Origin: Mariniphaga sp.
GTDB lineage: Bacteria > Bacteroidota > Bacteroidia > Bacteroidales > Prolixibacteraceae
Direction: 5' to 3'
Length of the DNA: 64,000 nt
NCBI RefSeq assembly: GCF_041687215.1
Contig: NZ_JAWLCI010000018.1
Coordinates: forward strand, 3,572-67,571
Shown here: piece by piece, positions 20,731-31,144 of the stretch
How positions within the stretch are numbered: the first letter of the stretch is position 1
Layout: each line of letters starts with the position of its first letter
Made by a program: the position numbers and the translations under genes
Notes under the pieces: model-generated
Database searches by the model: none
What the model was told of the DNA's origin: nothing
Seen by the model: the letters and a program-made list of their open reading frames with translations, nothing else

Positions 20731-21409
20731 AACTTCGGCCAATGGGCAGGCCTTTCCCCTCAATTTCAATGCTTGTAGAAGTAAAAGCTTCAATTTTTCG
20801 TAACGAAACAATATACGATTTGTGAATGCGCATAAAATCGTTGTCCGGAAGTTTTTCTTCCATACTGGTCATGCTTGTTTTTGTAACAATTCGCTTTTCG
20901 GGCGTATGAATTTTTACATATTCGCTCAGGCCTTCAATGTATAAAATATCATTCAGATGCAGCTTCAGCACCTTTTTATTTTCTTTCACATAAATAAATG
21001 CTTCATCGTTTTTGTTTACCGGAGAATAATTTTCAACCGAACCAAAATTATCGGTTGAAACCTGAAAATATTTATTCACTGCTTTCAGGAACCGCTCAAA
21101 AGTGATGGGTTTCAAAAGATAGTCCACTACATCCAGTTCGAACCCTTCGAGGGCATATTCACGATAAGCAGTTGTGATAATTACCTGAGGCGGATGTTTC
21201 AATGTTTTCAGAAATTCAATTCCGGTAATCTGTGGCATCTGAATGTCCATAAACATGAGATCAACTTTGTGGTTGCGCAGTACTTCAAGGGCTTTCATGG
21301 CATCGCCGCACTCACCAACAATTTCAAAATTGTCCAGCTTTTGAATATGATTACGAATCAATTCGCGTGCAAGAGGCTCATCGTCAACAATAAGGCAATT
21401 TGTTTTCAT
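20675..21409 (-). CDS. LytTR family response regulator
   Basis: IVDDE, FMDIQMP, YLLKP receiver; FMRIHKSYIV LytTR domain. Confidence 0.92.
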   Translation of the reverse strand: MKTNCLIVDDEPLARELIRNHIQKLDNFEIVGECGDAMKALEVLRNHKVDLMFMDIQMPQITGIEFLKTLKHPPQVIITTAYREYALEGFELDVVDYLLKPITFERFLKAVNKYFQVSTDNFGSVENYSPVNKNDEAFIYVKENKKVLKLHLNDILYIEGLSEYVKIHTPEKRIVTKTSMTSMEEKLPDNDFMRIHKSYIVSLRKIEAFTSTSIEIEGKGLPIGRSFKNRVAQALHAGNSVLAN

Positions 21410-21582
21410 CTCATTTTAATTGTTTAATTTTTAAAGGTATTCGATGGAACTCGCCATTCCGACGGCCATCGGTTTAAAACTCCTTTATGTATCATGGCTC
21501 GTTTCATGGTAATAACTGATTTGTTTTCGTTGTTTTCTGCTTCAAAAAAATAAGTATCTGTTTTCAGTTTCCGTTACAATCT

Positions 21583-22620
21583 TCAGTAAAAAATCTCCAC
21601 TTGAAGCATCCGGAAATTTTCTTCGGTTTCTTCTGTAAACCTGAATTTACCCGGGAAGTAATGCTGTAACATCAAACGCAGCATTTCTGAATCGTGGCTT
21701 TCAGGAAATTCTAATTTGTTTTCACTCCATAATTCAACAGCAAAATATAATTTTCTGTTTTCAGCTGTAACAAAGACGGTGCATTCGAACAAATCGTTAC
21801 ACTTTTTTCCTGTTTTCATTGCAAATTCCAATACTGGCAGAAACAAAAAGGGAGGAATTACAAATGGTTTCAGGTTGCCTTTAAGTTTAATTTCGGCTTT
21901 CAAATGGTTGCTCATTGCAAGTTTATTTAAACTTAAAAAACTTTCCATCAAATCTGTTTCAGCTAAAAGAGGCCGCCAGTCTGCATGATTTTCGTTTAAA
22001 AATTGATTGAAAAAATTTGAAATCCGGATGATAAGTTCCGGAACTTTTTGAGGCGATTTTGAAATGGTATCCTGCAAAACATCCATTAAATGAAGCATTA
22101 AACGAGGCTGGTGCTGGTAATAATATATTTCCATTTCAGCCTCTTCATTCAGGCGCTGTTCAGCATTTTTCATGTTTTGGGTTTCGTGCCAGGCTTTCCC
22201 TACTTTTATGGCCAGAAAAACCAAAATAATGTAATGGTTGCCAAGTCCTGAAATCAGAATATTTTTCAGATTCAGATAATCCGTACCCAATGCGTAATTC
22301 TTCCCAAAGGGTTTAAAAACCAATTCGTTGGAAACAACAAGTTCGATTACCGAAAAAAGCACCAAAAACACGAAAATACCTGTCGTAAGCAACCCGTAAC
22401 GGTTTTTGTAAAAAGTAAGAGGAATTAGCCAGTACGCAATTAAATAGGTATGTACCACAAAAACCGGAAGCGTGATTATATAATACCTGAACCAAAGGCA
22501 AAACATTTCTTTGCCAAGCCCCAAACTTTGCAGCAAGGTAAACGAAATAATCCACGCCAGCCAAAAGCCTGTATGAAGCAGAATTCGTTGTTTACCGATA
22601 TGATTTGGAACCCATTTCAT
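21583..22620 (-). CDS. Degenerate LytS-type membrane kinase (pseudokinase)
   Basis: Same TM layout as its neighbours; H-box reads QHQPRLML instead of QLNPHFLF; N and G boxes lost. Confidence 0.7.
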   Translation of the reverse strand: MKWVPNHIGKQRILLHTGFWLAWIISFTLLQSLGLGKEMFCLWFRYYIITLPVFVVHTYLIAYWLIPLTFYKNRYGLLTTGIFVFLVLFSVIELVVSNELVFKPFGKNYALGTDYLNLKNILISGLGNHYIILVFLAIKVGKAWHETQNMKNAEQRLNEEAEMEIYYYQHQPRLMLHLMDVLQDTISKSPQKVPELIIRISNFFNQFLNENHADWRPLLAETDLMESFLSLNKLAMSNHLKAEIKLKGNLKPFVIPPFLFLPVLEFAMKTGKKCNDLFECTVFVTAENRKLYFAVELWSENKLEFPESHDSEMLRLMLQHYFPGKFRFTEETEENFRMLQVEIFY

Positions 22621-23686
22621 TTAATTCTTTTTTTAATTGTAGCAGAATGGAGAATTCTTTTTCCCTGTCATCAATCTGAATGGAATACCCTTTTGAAGGA
22701 TAAAGAATGGCCAGCCTGTTTTTCAGATTTTGCAAACCGTTTCCAATATTTCTTTCGCCTTTGAATATTCTACCATTATTTGGTTTGCTGTTGGCAGCCT
22801 TAATCCACAAATTTTCAGGGTGCGACTCAATGGAGATAAACAGCCAGGGTGCACCCATGTCGGGGCTGCTGCCATGTTTTATACAATTTTCAATAAGAAA
22901 AAATAAAACCATCGGGGGTATTTTCCAGGTTGAAAGCTCTCCCTTTTTTTTGAAATCAACTTTTAGTCTGTTGCCATAGCGAAGTTTTTCAAGAGAAAGA
23001 TAGTTTTCCGCCAGGTCAACTTCTTCGGTTAATTGCACAAAATTGTGCCGGCTTTGCTCAACAATGTAACGTAAAATCTGCTGCACCTTTTCGGTAATTT
23101 CAGTTGTTTTTTCAGGCTGAAGGAGGGATAATGCATATAAATTATTGATGGTATTGAACAAAAAATGAGGATTTAACTGGCTTTGAAGTAAACGTTGCCG
23201 GGCTTCGCGATTTTGCACCTCCAGCTTTTTTCGCTGACTTTCGGTAAAAACATAATCTTTGGTAAATTTCGCAACACAAAACAGTGCAACAATAAAAGTC
23301 ATGTCTTTTGTATTCACCAGCATAAAACGCAATCCTTTCATGCTTCCGGGCTGAAAATTTTCCGGAGCAATGGATGCATAAAATATTTCGTCAGATACGG
23401 CAAACTTAAGGGCCGAAAGTGCAGTGCCCACCAGTAATAAAAGCAACATAAACCAGCCAATTTTATTTTTTAAAAGAAATTCAGGAATAAGAAGAAACAA
23501 AACAATGTAGGCATATCCGAAAAAGAAAACTGAATTGATTAAAGTAACCATCAGAGATTCCGATAAACTTTTACTTTTATCCTGATAAAATAAAACAAAC
23601 GTAAACAGCAATACGGTTCCAATAAACAGAATTATATGCCGTATTATTCTGTATTTTAGTCTGATATCGAAAATATACCTATTCAT
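22592..23686 (-). CDS. LytS-type sensor histidine kinase
   Basis: QSQLNPHFLFN, ENCIKHG, GNGLQNL. Confidence 0.9.
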   Translation of the reverse strand: MNRYIFDIRLKYRIIRHIILFIGTVLLFTFVLFYQDKSKSLSESLMVTLINSVFFFGYAYIVLFLLIPEFLLKNKIGWFMLLLLLVGTALSALKFAVSDEIFYASIAPENFQPGSMKGLRFMLVNTKDMTFIVALFCVAKFTKDYVFTESQRKKLEVQNREARQRLLQSQLNPHFLFNTINNLYALSLLQPEKTTEITEKVQQILRYIVEQSRHNFVQLTEEVDLAENYLSLEKLRYGNRLKVDFKKKGELSTWKIPPMVLFFLIENCIKHGSSPDMGAPWLFISIESHPENLWIKAANSKPNNGRIFKGERNIGNGLQNLKNRLAILYPSKGYSIQIDDREKEFSILLQLKKELNEMGSKSYR

Positions 23687-24718
23687 TTATTTCTCCAGTT
23701 CCAAAGAAACTTTCCAGGTTTGAGTTTTTTCTTTAATAATAAGCTGGTACCTGTTTTTGTAAAGAATCTCGAGTCGTTTTTTTGCGTTTCGAACTCCTAC
23801 CCCGCCAGTATTCTTCTCGCGCACCTTCTTTTGTGCAGGCAAACTGTTTTCAATCTGAAAAAGAAGTTTTTCTGTAGAAGCAATGAGGATAATTTCAATG
23901 TCGAATTTCCCGTTTTTTCGACTGCCACCGTGTTTAAAACAGTTTTCAACAAAGGTAAAAAGTAACATGGGTGCAATTTTCCATTTTTCTACCGGCCCCG
24001 ATATTTTAAAACTCAAATTCAAATCTGAACCATAGCGTAGCCGTTCGAGTTCCACATAATTTTCAACGAGTTTAACCTCTTGTTCCACCGGAATTTCAGA
24101 TTCGTTACATTCGTATAAAACGGCCTGAAGCAATGATGCCATTTGCGCAATTCCTTCGGTAGTTTTTGCCGATTCTGAAACAGATAATGAATACAAATTA
24201 TTCATGGTATTAAACAAAAAATGCGGCTGTAATTGTGCTTTCAATAAATGCAACTCTTTTTTCAGGTTTTGTTTTTCCATTTCATGTTTTTCGGTTTGTT
24301 GTTCGAACCACTTTTTTACAATTTTTATGGCAAATGCAATGGCTACCATAAAATTGGTTTCCAAAAACAGGTAAAGAAATGTTACGCCTAAAACTGAATC
24401 GGATGTTACTGGCAAACCATTAATCAGCCTTAAAAAAACCCGTTCGCCAAGAGTGGCCAGCATCAATACTGCAACAACAAGTAAAACTGTTAAAACAAGT
24501 TTGCGGGTTTTCAGGTAAAACGGTAAAATAGCATAAACAGTGGTGTAAGTTGCTGCCATAACAAAAGGCAACATGCAAAGCGATTCAATAAAATACCACT
24601 GAAAGTTTTGCCCGTACTTACCATAAACCGAACCAAAGAACAGCACATAAAATGTCCAAAACAAAAAATGGGTAATAATTCGCCGGTACCTTTTTGAAAA
24701 TTTCCCCAGGATGTTCAT
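23687..24718 (-). CDS. LytS-type sensor histidine kinase
   Basis: KAQLQPHFLFN, ENCFKHG, GGVGVRN. Confidence 0.9.
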   Translation of the reverse strand: MNILGKFSKRYRRIITHFLFWTFYVLFFGSVYGKYGQNFQWYFIESLCMLPFVMAATYTTVYAILPFYLKTRKLVLTVLLVVAVLMLATLGERVFLRLINGLPVTSDSVLGVTFLYLFLETNFMVAIAFAIKIVKKWFEQQTEKHEMEKQNLKKELHLLKAQLQPHFLFNTMNNLYSLSVSESAKTTEGIAQMASLLQAVLYECNESEIPVEQEVKLVENYVELERLRYGSDLNLSFKISGPVEKWKIAPMLLFTFVENCFKHGGSRKNGKFDIEIILIASTEKLLFQIENSLPAQKKVREKNTGGVGVRNAKKRLEILYKNRYQLIIKEKTQTWKVSLELEK

Positions 24719-24870
24719 CGTTTAATTGTTTCTGACCGGAAAGATACGTGAACCAACCGAGATAAAAAACTGCAAACTACTGAATGTCAGAATCAATTCA
24801 TTCAAAACCCTACGGTTTACAGACTAAATACAGTTGTTGGCTGACAAAATGTTACCGTTTATTGAAAATA

Positions 24871-24902
24871 AAGCCCCTGCCCTCTGGCAGAGGCTCATTT
24901 TT
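24871..24902. terminator. Intrinsic terminator-like hairpin
   Basis: gcccctgcc-ctct-ggcagaggc flanked by A and T runs. Confidence 0.6.
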
Positions 24903-24970
24903 TCATCTCCATGAAAAAAATTGCGCTGTTTAATATCTTTTTCAGAATTCCAGATTCTGTTTATTCAAAA

Positions 24971-25462
24971 TCAGAATTGGGCGTGGTACTGTTCGTCAAC
25001 CAAATTGGGAAAATAACATGCAATCAGTCCCAGCAGTTCGTCTTCGGATTTTGGTTTTTGTGTAATTACGCGTTGGGAATAATAACTCACTTTATTGAAT
25101 TTGGAATCGCAGGTTGCTTCGGGCAATTCACGGTACTTTTTCTCCATTTTCTGTACACCGAAAATTCCTTTTTCGAATGCATACTGTACTTCAAACTGGT
25201 CGGAACGAACCACAAAAGTGGTACTCTTTTTCCCTTTAACTACGCCAATTCGAACCGGATTGGCCGTTTTTTCATACATTAATTCATAAGTGGTAACTGC
25301 CTGGTTGTTAATAACCATCGGAGATTCTGACATTTCAATGGTATATTTCCCGAAATTAGTTAATGAGTTTCCAGTAATAGCCTGACCTTCTTTAATTTTT
25401 GCAGAAACACCCATAACTAACGCCAGCAAAAACACTCCTAAAAAATACATTTTTGTTTTCAT
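24971..25462 (-). CDS. Hypothetical secreted protein
   Basis: SPI signal peptide (VMGVSA|K); 163 aa. Confidence 0.7.
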   Translation of the reverse strand: MKTKMYFLGVFLLALVMGVSAKIKEGQAITGNSLTNFGKYTIEMSESPMVINNQAVTTYELMYEKTANPVRIGVVKGKKSTTFVVRSDQFEVQYAFEKGIFGVQKMEKKYRELPEATCDSKFNKVSYYSQRVITQKPKSEDELLGLIACYFPNLVDEQYHAQF

Positions 25463-25739
25463 GATAATAATTGTTTATTGTTTCACTGACCCAAATGTAA
25501 GTAACCTTTTGAATGGCAACAATTTATTTCAATAACCGAACCTTTTTCAACAACAATCTGCGCATTCCAACCCATAAATGGAGATTTTAGTAGTTGGTAG
25601 TCTTTTATTGGCCGTTTGCATTTTTTTGAGAGAAAATTTGAAAAACAGACCAAAACCAGAACTGCTAAAACAGCGAATATTTATCCTGTTTTCTTATTTT
25701 TGGAACTTCATTTTAAAAACCTTTTAAAAAACCTGTGAT

Positions 25740-27986
25740 ATGAAGATTCTACGCATTCCGACTTTATTTCTTGCACTTATTTTTTTGGCAAGTTGTGCAC
25801 AAAAAGAAGATAAAAATTACCTTCAATATATTGACCTGCTGATTGGCACGGGCCCGGCAACAACACCCTCTGCTACAAAAGACAGGGGAACACAGGAACA
25901 TTATGGCCAAACTATTCCGGCTGTAACAGCTCCGTTTGGCATGACCCAGTGGACGCCTCAAACCCATAATACTGAAACAAAATGTATTGCCCCGTTTTAC
26001 TGGGGAACGCCCACCCTCCAAGGTTTTCGGGCCACCCACTGGACTAGCGGCTCCTGCGTGCAGGATTACGGAAGCTTCACTGTTTTCCCAACAGTTACCG
26101 GTGAGGAATTCAGGTTTTTGCCAACGCAGCGGAAAACATTGTATATATACGATGCAGATAAATCATCGCCTGCATATTACGCTGCCATGTTGCCCGAAAA
26201 AAATATTCTGACAGAAATAACAGCTACAAAGCGAACTGGTTTCTTCCGGTTTTCGTGGCTCGAACCTGAAAATGCAACCGTAATAATTGATGTGAACAGC
26301 GATGAAGGTGAAGGATACATAAAAATTGATGCTGAAAAGGGAGAAGTTTACGGATACAATCCGGTGCACCGCATTTACAACGGCAGTGGAAAACCAGCCG
26401 GTTTCAGCGGCTATTTTGTGGCCCGGTTTGATAAACCGTTTAGCAAAACCGGAACTTTTGGGAACAACGAACTTTTTCATGGAACCAATGAATTGCAAAA
26501 CAATAACTATTTAGGCGCCTATGTTACGTTCAATTTAGCTGAAGGCGAAGCCCTTAAAATGAAAATGGGCACTTCGTTTACCAGCATTGAAAATGCCCGC
26601 CAAAATATGGAAACCGAAATTCCGCACTGGGATTTTGACAAAACAAAATCTGAACTCGACAAAACATGGAATACTATTCTGGGAAGAATTGATGTGGAAG
26701 GAGGCTCAGATGATGATTTTACCAAATTTTATACTGCCATGTACCACAGCTTCATCCACCCCAGATTATTCAGCGATGTAAACGGCGAGTATCCGCAATT
26801 TGGCGGTGGCGAAACCGTTCAAAAAGCCAATGGGTTTGAATATTACTGCGATTTTACCAACTGGGATATTTTCAGGGCGCAAATGCCGCTGGTAAGCCTT
26901 GTGGCTCCCGAACAGTATGAACACATGGTAAAATCGCTTATTGTAAAAGCTGAACAGGGCGGATGGTTGCCCGTTTTCCCCATGTGGAACAGCTACACTT
27001 CGGCCATGATTGGCGACCACAGTACAGCCATTATTGCCGATGCGCTGGCGAAAGGTTTTGAGTTCGACACAGAAAAAGCATACCAATTTATGCGGAAAAA
27101 TGCTTTTGAAACCCCGAAAAATATGGATGATTATATCGATGGAAAAGGCCGCCGGGCATTGGATTCGTATTTGCAGTTCGGATACATTCCTATAGAAGAC
27201 GAAGTTCCACATGCTTTTCACCGGAACGAACAGGTTTCCCGCACACTGGAATATGCTTACAACGACTGGGCTGTGGCACAGGTTGCCCAAAAACTGGGAG
27301 AAACAGATGATTACAACGAGTTGATGGCACGGTCGCTCAATTATGCCAATGTGTTCGACCCGGACAAAGGCTGGGTTTGCGGACGGTATGGCGACGGAAC
27401 ATTTACCGACGAGTTTGATGCCAACGGAGATATGTTTTACATTACCGAAGGAACACCCAAACATTACACCTGGTATGTACCGCACGATGTGGAAGGTTTA
27501 ATGGATTTAATGGGCGGGAAAGAACCTTTTGCCCAAAAGCTGAATGCGCTCATCGACAACAAAGAATACTGGCACGGAAATGAACCCAGCCATCAGATTC
27601 CATATTTGTTCAACTACGTGGGGCAATGGCAAAAAACACAGGAAACCGTTAAACACATTTTACAAACCGAATACGGCACCGGACCCGGCGGAATTTCGGG
27701 CAATGACGATTCCGGGCAAATGTCGGCCTGGTATGTGTTTGGCGCAGCAGGTTTTTACCCGGTTTGTCCCGGAAGTAACGAATACCAGCTATCTTCGCCA
27801 ACATTTGAAAAAGTGACTTTTAATTTGAATAAAAAATATTATTCCGGTAAAAGTTTTGTTCTGGAAACCACACCCGGAAATCAATACGGCACATTTTCTT
27901 CTGTAAAACTGAACGGAAAAGAAATTGAGCCGGTAATAAATCATGATGAATTGAAGAAAGGTGGGAAGCTGGAGTTTGTGCAATAA
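25740..27986 (+). CDS. GH92 alpha-mannosidase family lipoprotein
   Basis: Lipobox LASC; PFGMTQWTP, EGTPKHY, HGNEPSH, GNDDSGQMSAWY. Confidence 0.92.
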   Translation: MKILRIPTLFLALIFLASCAQKEDKNYLQYIDLLIGTGPATTPSATKDRGTQEHYGQTIPAVTAPFGMTQWTPQTHNTETKCIAPFYWGTPTLQGFRATHWTSGSCVQDYGSFTVFPTVTGEEFRFLPTQRKTLYIYDADKSSPAYYAAMLPEKNILTEITATKRTGFFRFSWLEPENATVIIDVNSDEGEGYIKIDAEKGEVYGYNPVHRIYNGSGKPAGFSGYFVARFDKPFSKTGTFGNNELFHGTNELQNNNYLGAYVTFNLAEGEALKMKMGTSFTSIENARQNMETEIPHWDFDKTKSELDKTWNTILGRIDVEGGSDDDFTKFYTAMYHSFIHPRLFSDVNGEYPQFGGGETVQKANGFEYYCDFTNWDIFRAQMPLVSLVAPEQYEHMVKSLIVKAEQGGWLPVFPMWNSYTSAMIGDHSTAIIADALAKGFEFDTEKAYQFMRKNAFETPKNMDDYIDGKGRRALDSYLQFGYIPIEDEVPHAFHRNEQVSRTLEYAYNDWAVAQVAQKLGETDDYNELMARSLNYANVFDPDKGWVCGRYGDGTFTDEFDANGDMFYITEGTPKHYTWYVPHDVEGLMDLMGGKEPFAQKLNALIDNKEYWHGNEPSHQIPYLFNYVGQWQKTQETVKHILQTEYGTGPGGISGNDDSGQMSAWYVFGAAGFYPVCPGSNEYQLSSPTFEKVTFNLNKKYYSGKSFVLETTPGNQYGTFSSVKLNGKEIEPVINHDELKKGGKLEFVQ

Positions 27987-27990
27987 AGTA

Positions 27991-28585
27991 AAAGCCGGCT
28001 GGAAGCCGGCTGGTATTTGTTGCTTTTACTCAATAAAACACCAGGCTGAAGCCTGGCGCTGGTTTTAAATAAATACTGGGAAAAATTAGCGCCATGCTTT
28101 AGCATGGTGAATAATTAAAACCATCGTTCAAACAAAAAGCCGGCTTGAAGCCGGCTGGTATTTGTTGCTTTTACTCAATAAAACACCTGGCTGAAGCCTG
28201 GCGCTGGTTTTAAATAAATATTGGGAAAAATTAGCGCCAAGCTTTAGCATGGTGAAGAATTCAAACCACCGTTCAAACAAAAAGCCGGCTTCAAGCCGAC
28301 TTCGTTTATTTCGCTTTTTGCACATCACGCCAGGCTGAAGCCCGGCGCTGGTTTTAAATAATTCCTGGAAAAAATTAGCGCCATGCTTTAGCATGGTGAA
28401 TAATTCAAACCACCGTTCAAACAAAAAGCCGGCTTCAAGCCGGCTTCGGTTACATCGGCTTTAACACATTAAACCAGGCTGAAGCCTGGCACTGGTTTTA
28501 AATAAATCCTGGAAAAAATAAGCGCCATGCTTTAGCATGGTGAAGAAAGGTAAAACATAAAACCAACAGCCGGCTTCAGCCGGCT
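27991..28585. repeat. Tandem ~145-bp REP/BIME-like array (4 units plus a terminal palindrome)
   Basis: Units start at 27991, 28136, 28281, 28425; each carries agccggctNNaagccggct, ccaggctgaagcctgg and ccatgctttagcatgg. Confidence 0.9.
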
Positions 28586-28600
28586 TTCATGAATATCAGT

Positions 28601-29035
28601 TCAATCATTAAAAAAACCATAATTCTTTTTCCATTCCTGATATTCCTCTTCAAAGGTTTTTCTTTTGTGATGCTCATCCTGATTTCGAATATACTTTTTC
28701 ACTGCATCCAGTTGAGATGCACTTACCGAAAAAGCTCCGTACCCCCTTTGCCACGAAAATTTCCCCTGAATCAGATTTTGCTCGTTCATCCAATGTGATG
28801 ATGATCCTTTTATCATTTTTGTAAAATCAGATAAACAAACATTTGCAGGCAAATCAATTAAAAGATGAATATGTTCAGGCTGAACATTTATTGCCAGGAT
28901 CGGGCATTGAATTTCTTTGGATTTTTCGAGAATAAAATTCTTCAATTCAATTTTTGAACTACCTGTAAAAAGCCTAACTCTGTTTTTGGTTGACCAGGTA
29001 ATGTGGAGATAATTTCGAACGAACGAATGCAACAT
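28601..29035 (-). mobile_element. tnpA: IS200/IS605-superfamily Y1 HUH transposase (RAYT-like)
   Basis: HITWSTK, EHIHLL (HUH), WQRGYGAFSVS, YIRNQDEHH; flanked by REP arrays. Confidence 0.88.
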
Positions 29036-29050
29036 AGTTTTATTTGTTTG

Positions 29051-29420
29051 AAAGCCGGCTAGAAGCTGGCTGATTTATTATTCTTTTCTTTTAAAACACA
29101 CCAGGCTGAAGCCTGGAGCTAATTTTGATTCATCTGATTTTCAAACAACAATTTAATTTAAAAAATCCATTCAATCAAATGAGAAATTTTTTTAACACAA
29201 AAAGCCGGCTTCAAGCCGGCTGGTATTTGTTGCTTTTACTCAATAAAACACCAGGCTGAAGCCTGGCCCTGGTTTTAAATAAATCCTGGAAAAAATTAGC
29301 GCCATGCTTTAGCATGGTGAATAATTCAAGCAACCCTTCAAACAAAAAGCCGGCTTCAAGCCGGCTTCGGTTACATCGGCTTTAACACATTACACCAGGC
29401 TGAAGCCTGGCGCTGGTTTT
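29051..29420. repeat. Second REP/BIME-like array (partial, full and partial units)
   Basis: Units at 29051, 29201 and 29346 (145-bp spacing for the last pair) with the same palindromes. Confidence 0.88.
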
Positions 29421-29458
29421 AATTAAATACTGAAAAAAGATTTTTAATTGATTAAAAC

Positions 29459-29478
29459 CCGTCCGATAAATCGGACGG
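29459..29478. repeat. Palindrome ccgtccgat-aa-atcggacgg
   Basis: Perfect 9-bp stem. Confidence 0.7.
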
Positions 29479-29704
29479 CAAATAATACAAAATACTTTTT
29501 CACAAAATATGTTCAGTCTGGCGCTGCTGGTGCGAATATTTTTTTTACCTTTTTTACATCCTCGCTCCTCCGCCACAAAAAATGTTTTATAGCACAATGT
29601 AGGTTTTTTTAATTTATTTTTTTGTAATGTTCTGATATTCATATTAAATTGCCTACGCTTTTAAACATATTTACAAACCATTAACATTTTAAAAACTCCA
29701 AATT

Positions 29705-30187
29705 ATGGACAACAAAATCAATTTTACAATTCCTGACGAGGTTATTACAGAAGTAACCCAAAAGTTAAATGAAGTGGCATCAGTGCTGCAACCTTATTTA
29801 ATTGCACTCACTCCCGAGGAAAGAAGGACTATCCCAAAAATGAGCGACAAAACAGTCCCGTTTGTTGAAAAAACCCTTGAGTACTGCCAAACTGCACCCC
29901 AGTTTGCACCACCGTACATGGATCGCGAAGGCCTGGCCGGCGATATGAAAGTTACAGAACAGCTTACTCCGCTTTTGCGCACCGTTACAGCATTAAACGA
30001 CGGCCTCGACGATACGGTTATGGAAGCCGGGGGAGAAAGTTATGTAAATGCGCTGAGTTATTACAACTCGGTAAAACAGGCCACCAAAATGAATGTGCCG
30101 GGGGCCAAATCGATTTACGACGACCTGAAAAAACGGTTTGAAAAAACAAAATCGGGCAACGGAGATCCAAAGCCTTCCGCCGATTAA
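29705..30187 (+). CDS. Conserved-looking hypothetical helical protein (LTPEERR...PKMSDK family)
   Basis: 160-aa ORF with A-rich start context and a terminator; function unknown. Confidence 0.8.
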   Translation: MDNKINFTIPDEVITEVTQKLNEVASVLQPYLIALTPEERRTIPKMSDKTVPFVEKTLEYCQTAPQFAPPYMDREGLAGDMKVTEQLTPLLRTVTALNDGLDDTVMEAGGESYVNALSYYNSVKQATKMNVPGAKSIYDDLKKRFEKTKSGNGDPKPSAD

Positions 30188-30191
30188 AAGC

Positions 30192-30226
30192 AAAAAAGGG
30201 GCGTCCCACCAGGCGCCTTTTTTTTT
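30192..30226 (+). terminator. Intrinsic terminator
   Basis: GC hairpin (ggcg/cgcc) followed by a T9 run, directly after the stop codon. Confidence 0.7.
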
Positions 30227-30291
30227 GGCCTTTTTGCCCACCCCGAAACCGGACCAGTTCAACATGTGGGGTAACGTTTATTTTAAACACC

Positions 30292-30493
30292 AAAAACCTT
30301 ATTTCCGGGTGTTAACCTTAGTAGCTTCGTTCAACCGGCTACCTGAAACCTTATTCACCTTATTTCCAAACACATCCTGAAAATGTTTTAAAAACCGTAC
30401 CTGTTTTTATTTTCATTTGATTGGAAAAATAAGGTTTAAAGGTTTTGTAAACCGATTGTGCTACTAAGGTTTAATAAAAAGAATAAGGTTTTT
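30292..30493. repeat. ~200-bp imperfect inverted repeat
   Basis: aaaaaccttatt (30292) pairs with aataaggttttt (30482); aaccttagtagc (30314) pairs with gctactaaggtt (30460); accttatttccaa approximately pairs with ttggaaaaataaggt. Confidence 0.65.
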
Positions 30494-30628
30494 ATCACTC
30501 AGAAATAAACGCTGTTCATCCAATACCCTTTTTCTTTTTGTCTTTACTTGATTTACATATATTTACACATGATTTTTTAGTCAATCAGATGTTGCCCGCA
30601 AAAATGTGATGTGATCTCCGAAAAATCC

Positions 30629-30890
30629 CTCAGGGGGGTACTACCGAGGTGGGGAGTGGTACTTCCGAAGTGGGGGGGTGTACCTCAAAGACTCAAATTT
30701 GAGGTTCCAAGAATATAATTTGAGGCAAAATGGTTCAACCTCCGGCCTCAGAGGGTCAAACGTGAGGCTTAAAGGATCAAACTTTAACCTCAGATAATCA
30801 AATTTGAGGTAAAAAGGCTCAACGTTGAGGCCCGGAGGGTATAATTTGAAGCAAAAAAGCTCAACGCTGAGGTTCAGAATGGTCAAATTG
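30629..30890. repeat. Degenerate 21-bp tandem array (~12 units)
   Basis: Nine in-register units at 30692-30880 (e.g. ctcaaatttgagg, ctcaacgttgagg) plus three ggtac units at 21-bp spacing upstream. Confidence 0.8.
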
Positions 30891-31144
30891 GTTTTTTAGA
30901 ATTTTGAGGAACCAAAAAATATTAAACTTGTACTTTCCGTCACAGATACAGCAGCGAGGGCTTACAAAACATTATAAATCCGTTCGATGATATGCAAATA
31001 TTAAATAAGAAAGGATGATAAAATTTCCACTGAAAAAAAATATTGTAAAGCTTTGGATCACAGACAACATAGTTATACACCATGTTGAAAAAAAGCGCAA
31101 TTCAACTAAAATTTGAACTATTAAATTATCTTTGAAAATAAAAA

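Noticed and set aside
25500-25600. LytTR direct-repeat boxes
   Set aside because: Candidate repeats are short and spaced inconsistently (18-20 bp)
28128-28424. 98-aa ORF (and 29382-29642)
   Set aside because: Translations of the REP units
27991-29420. CRISPR array
   Set aside because: Inter-palindrome segments are themselves repeated, the unit is ~145 bp, and no cas genes are present
30629-30890. Diversity-generating retroelement TR/VR or plasmid iterons
   Set aside because: No reverse transcriptase, no adenine-specific variant pair and no rep gene in the window
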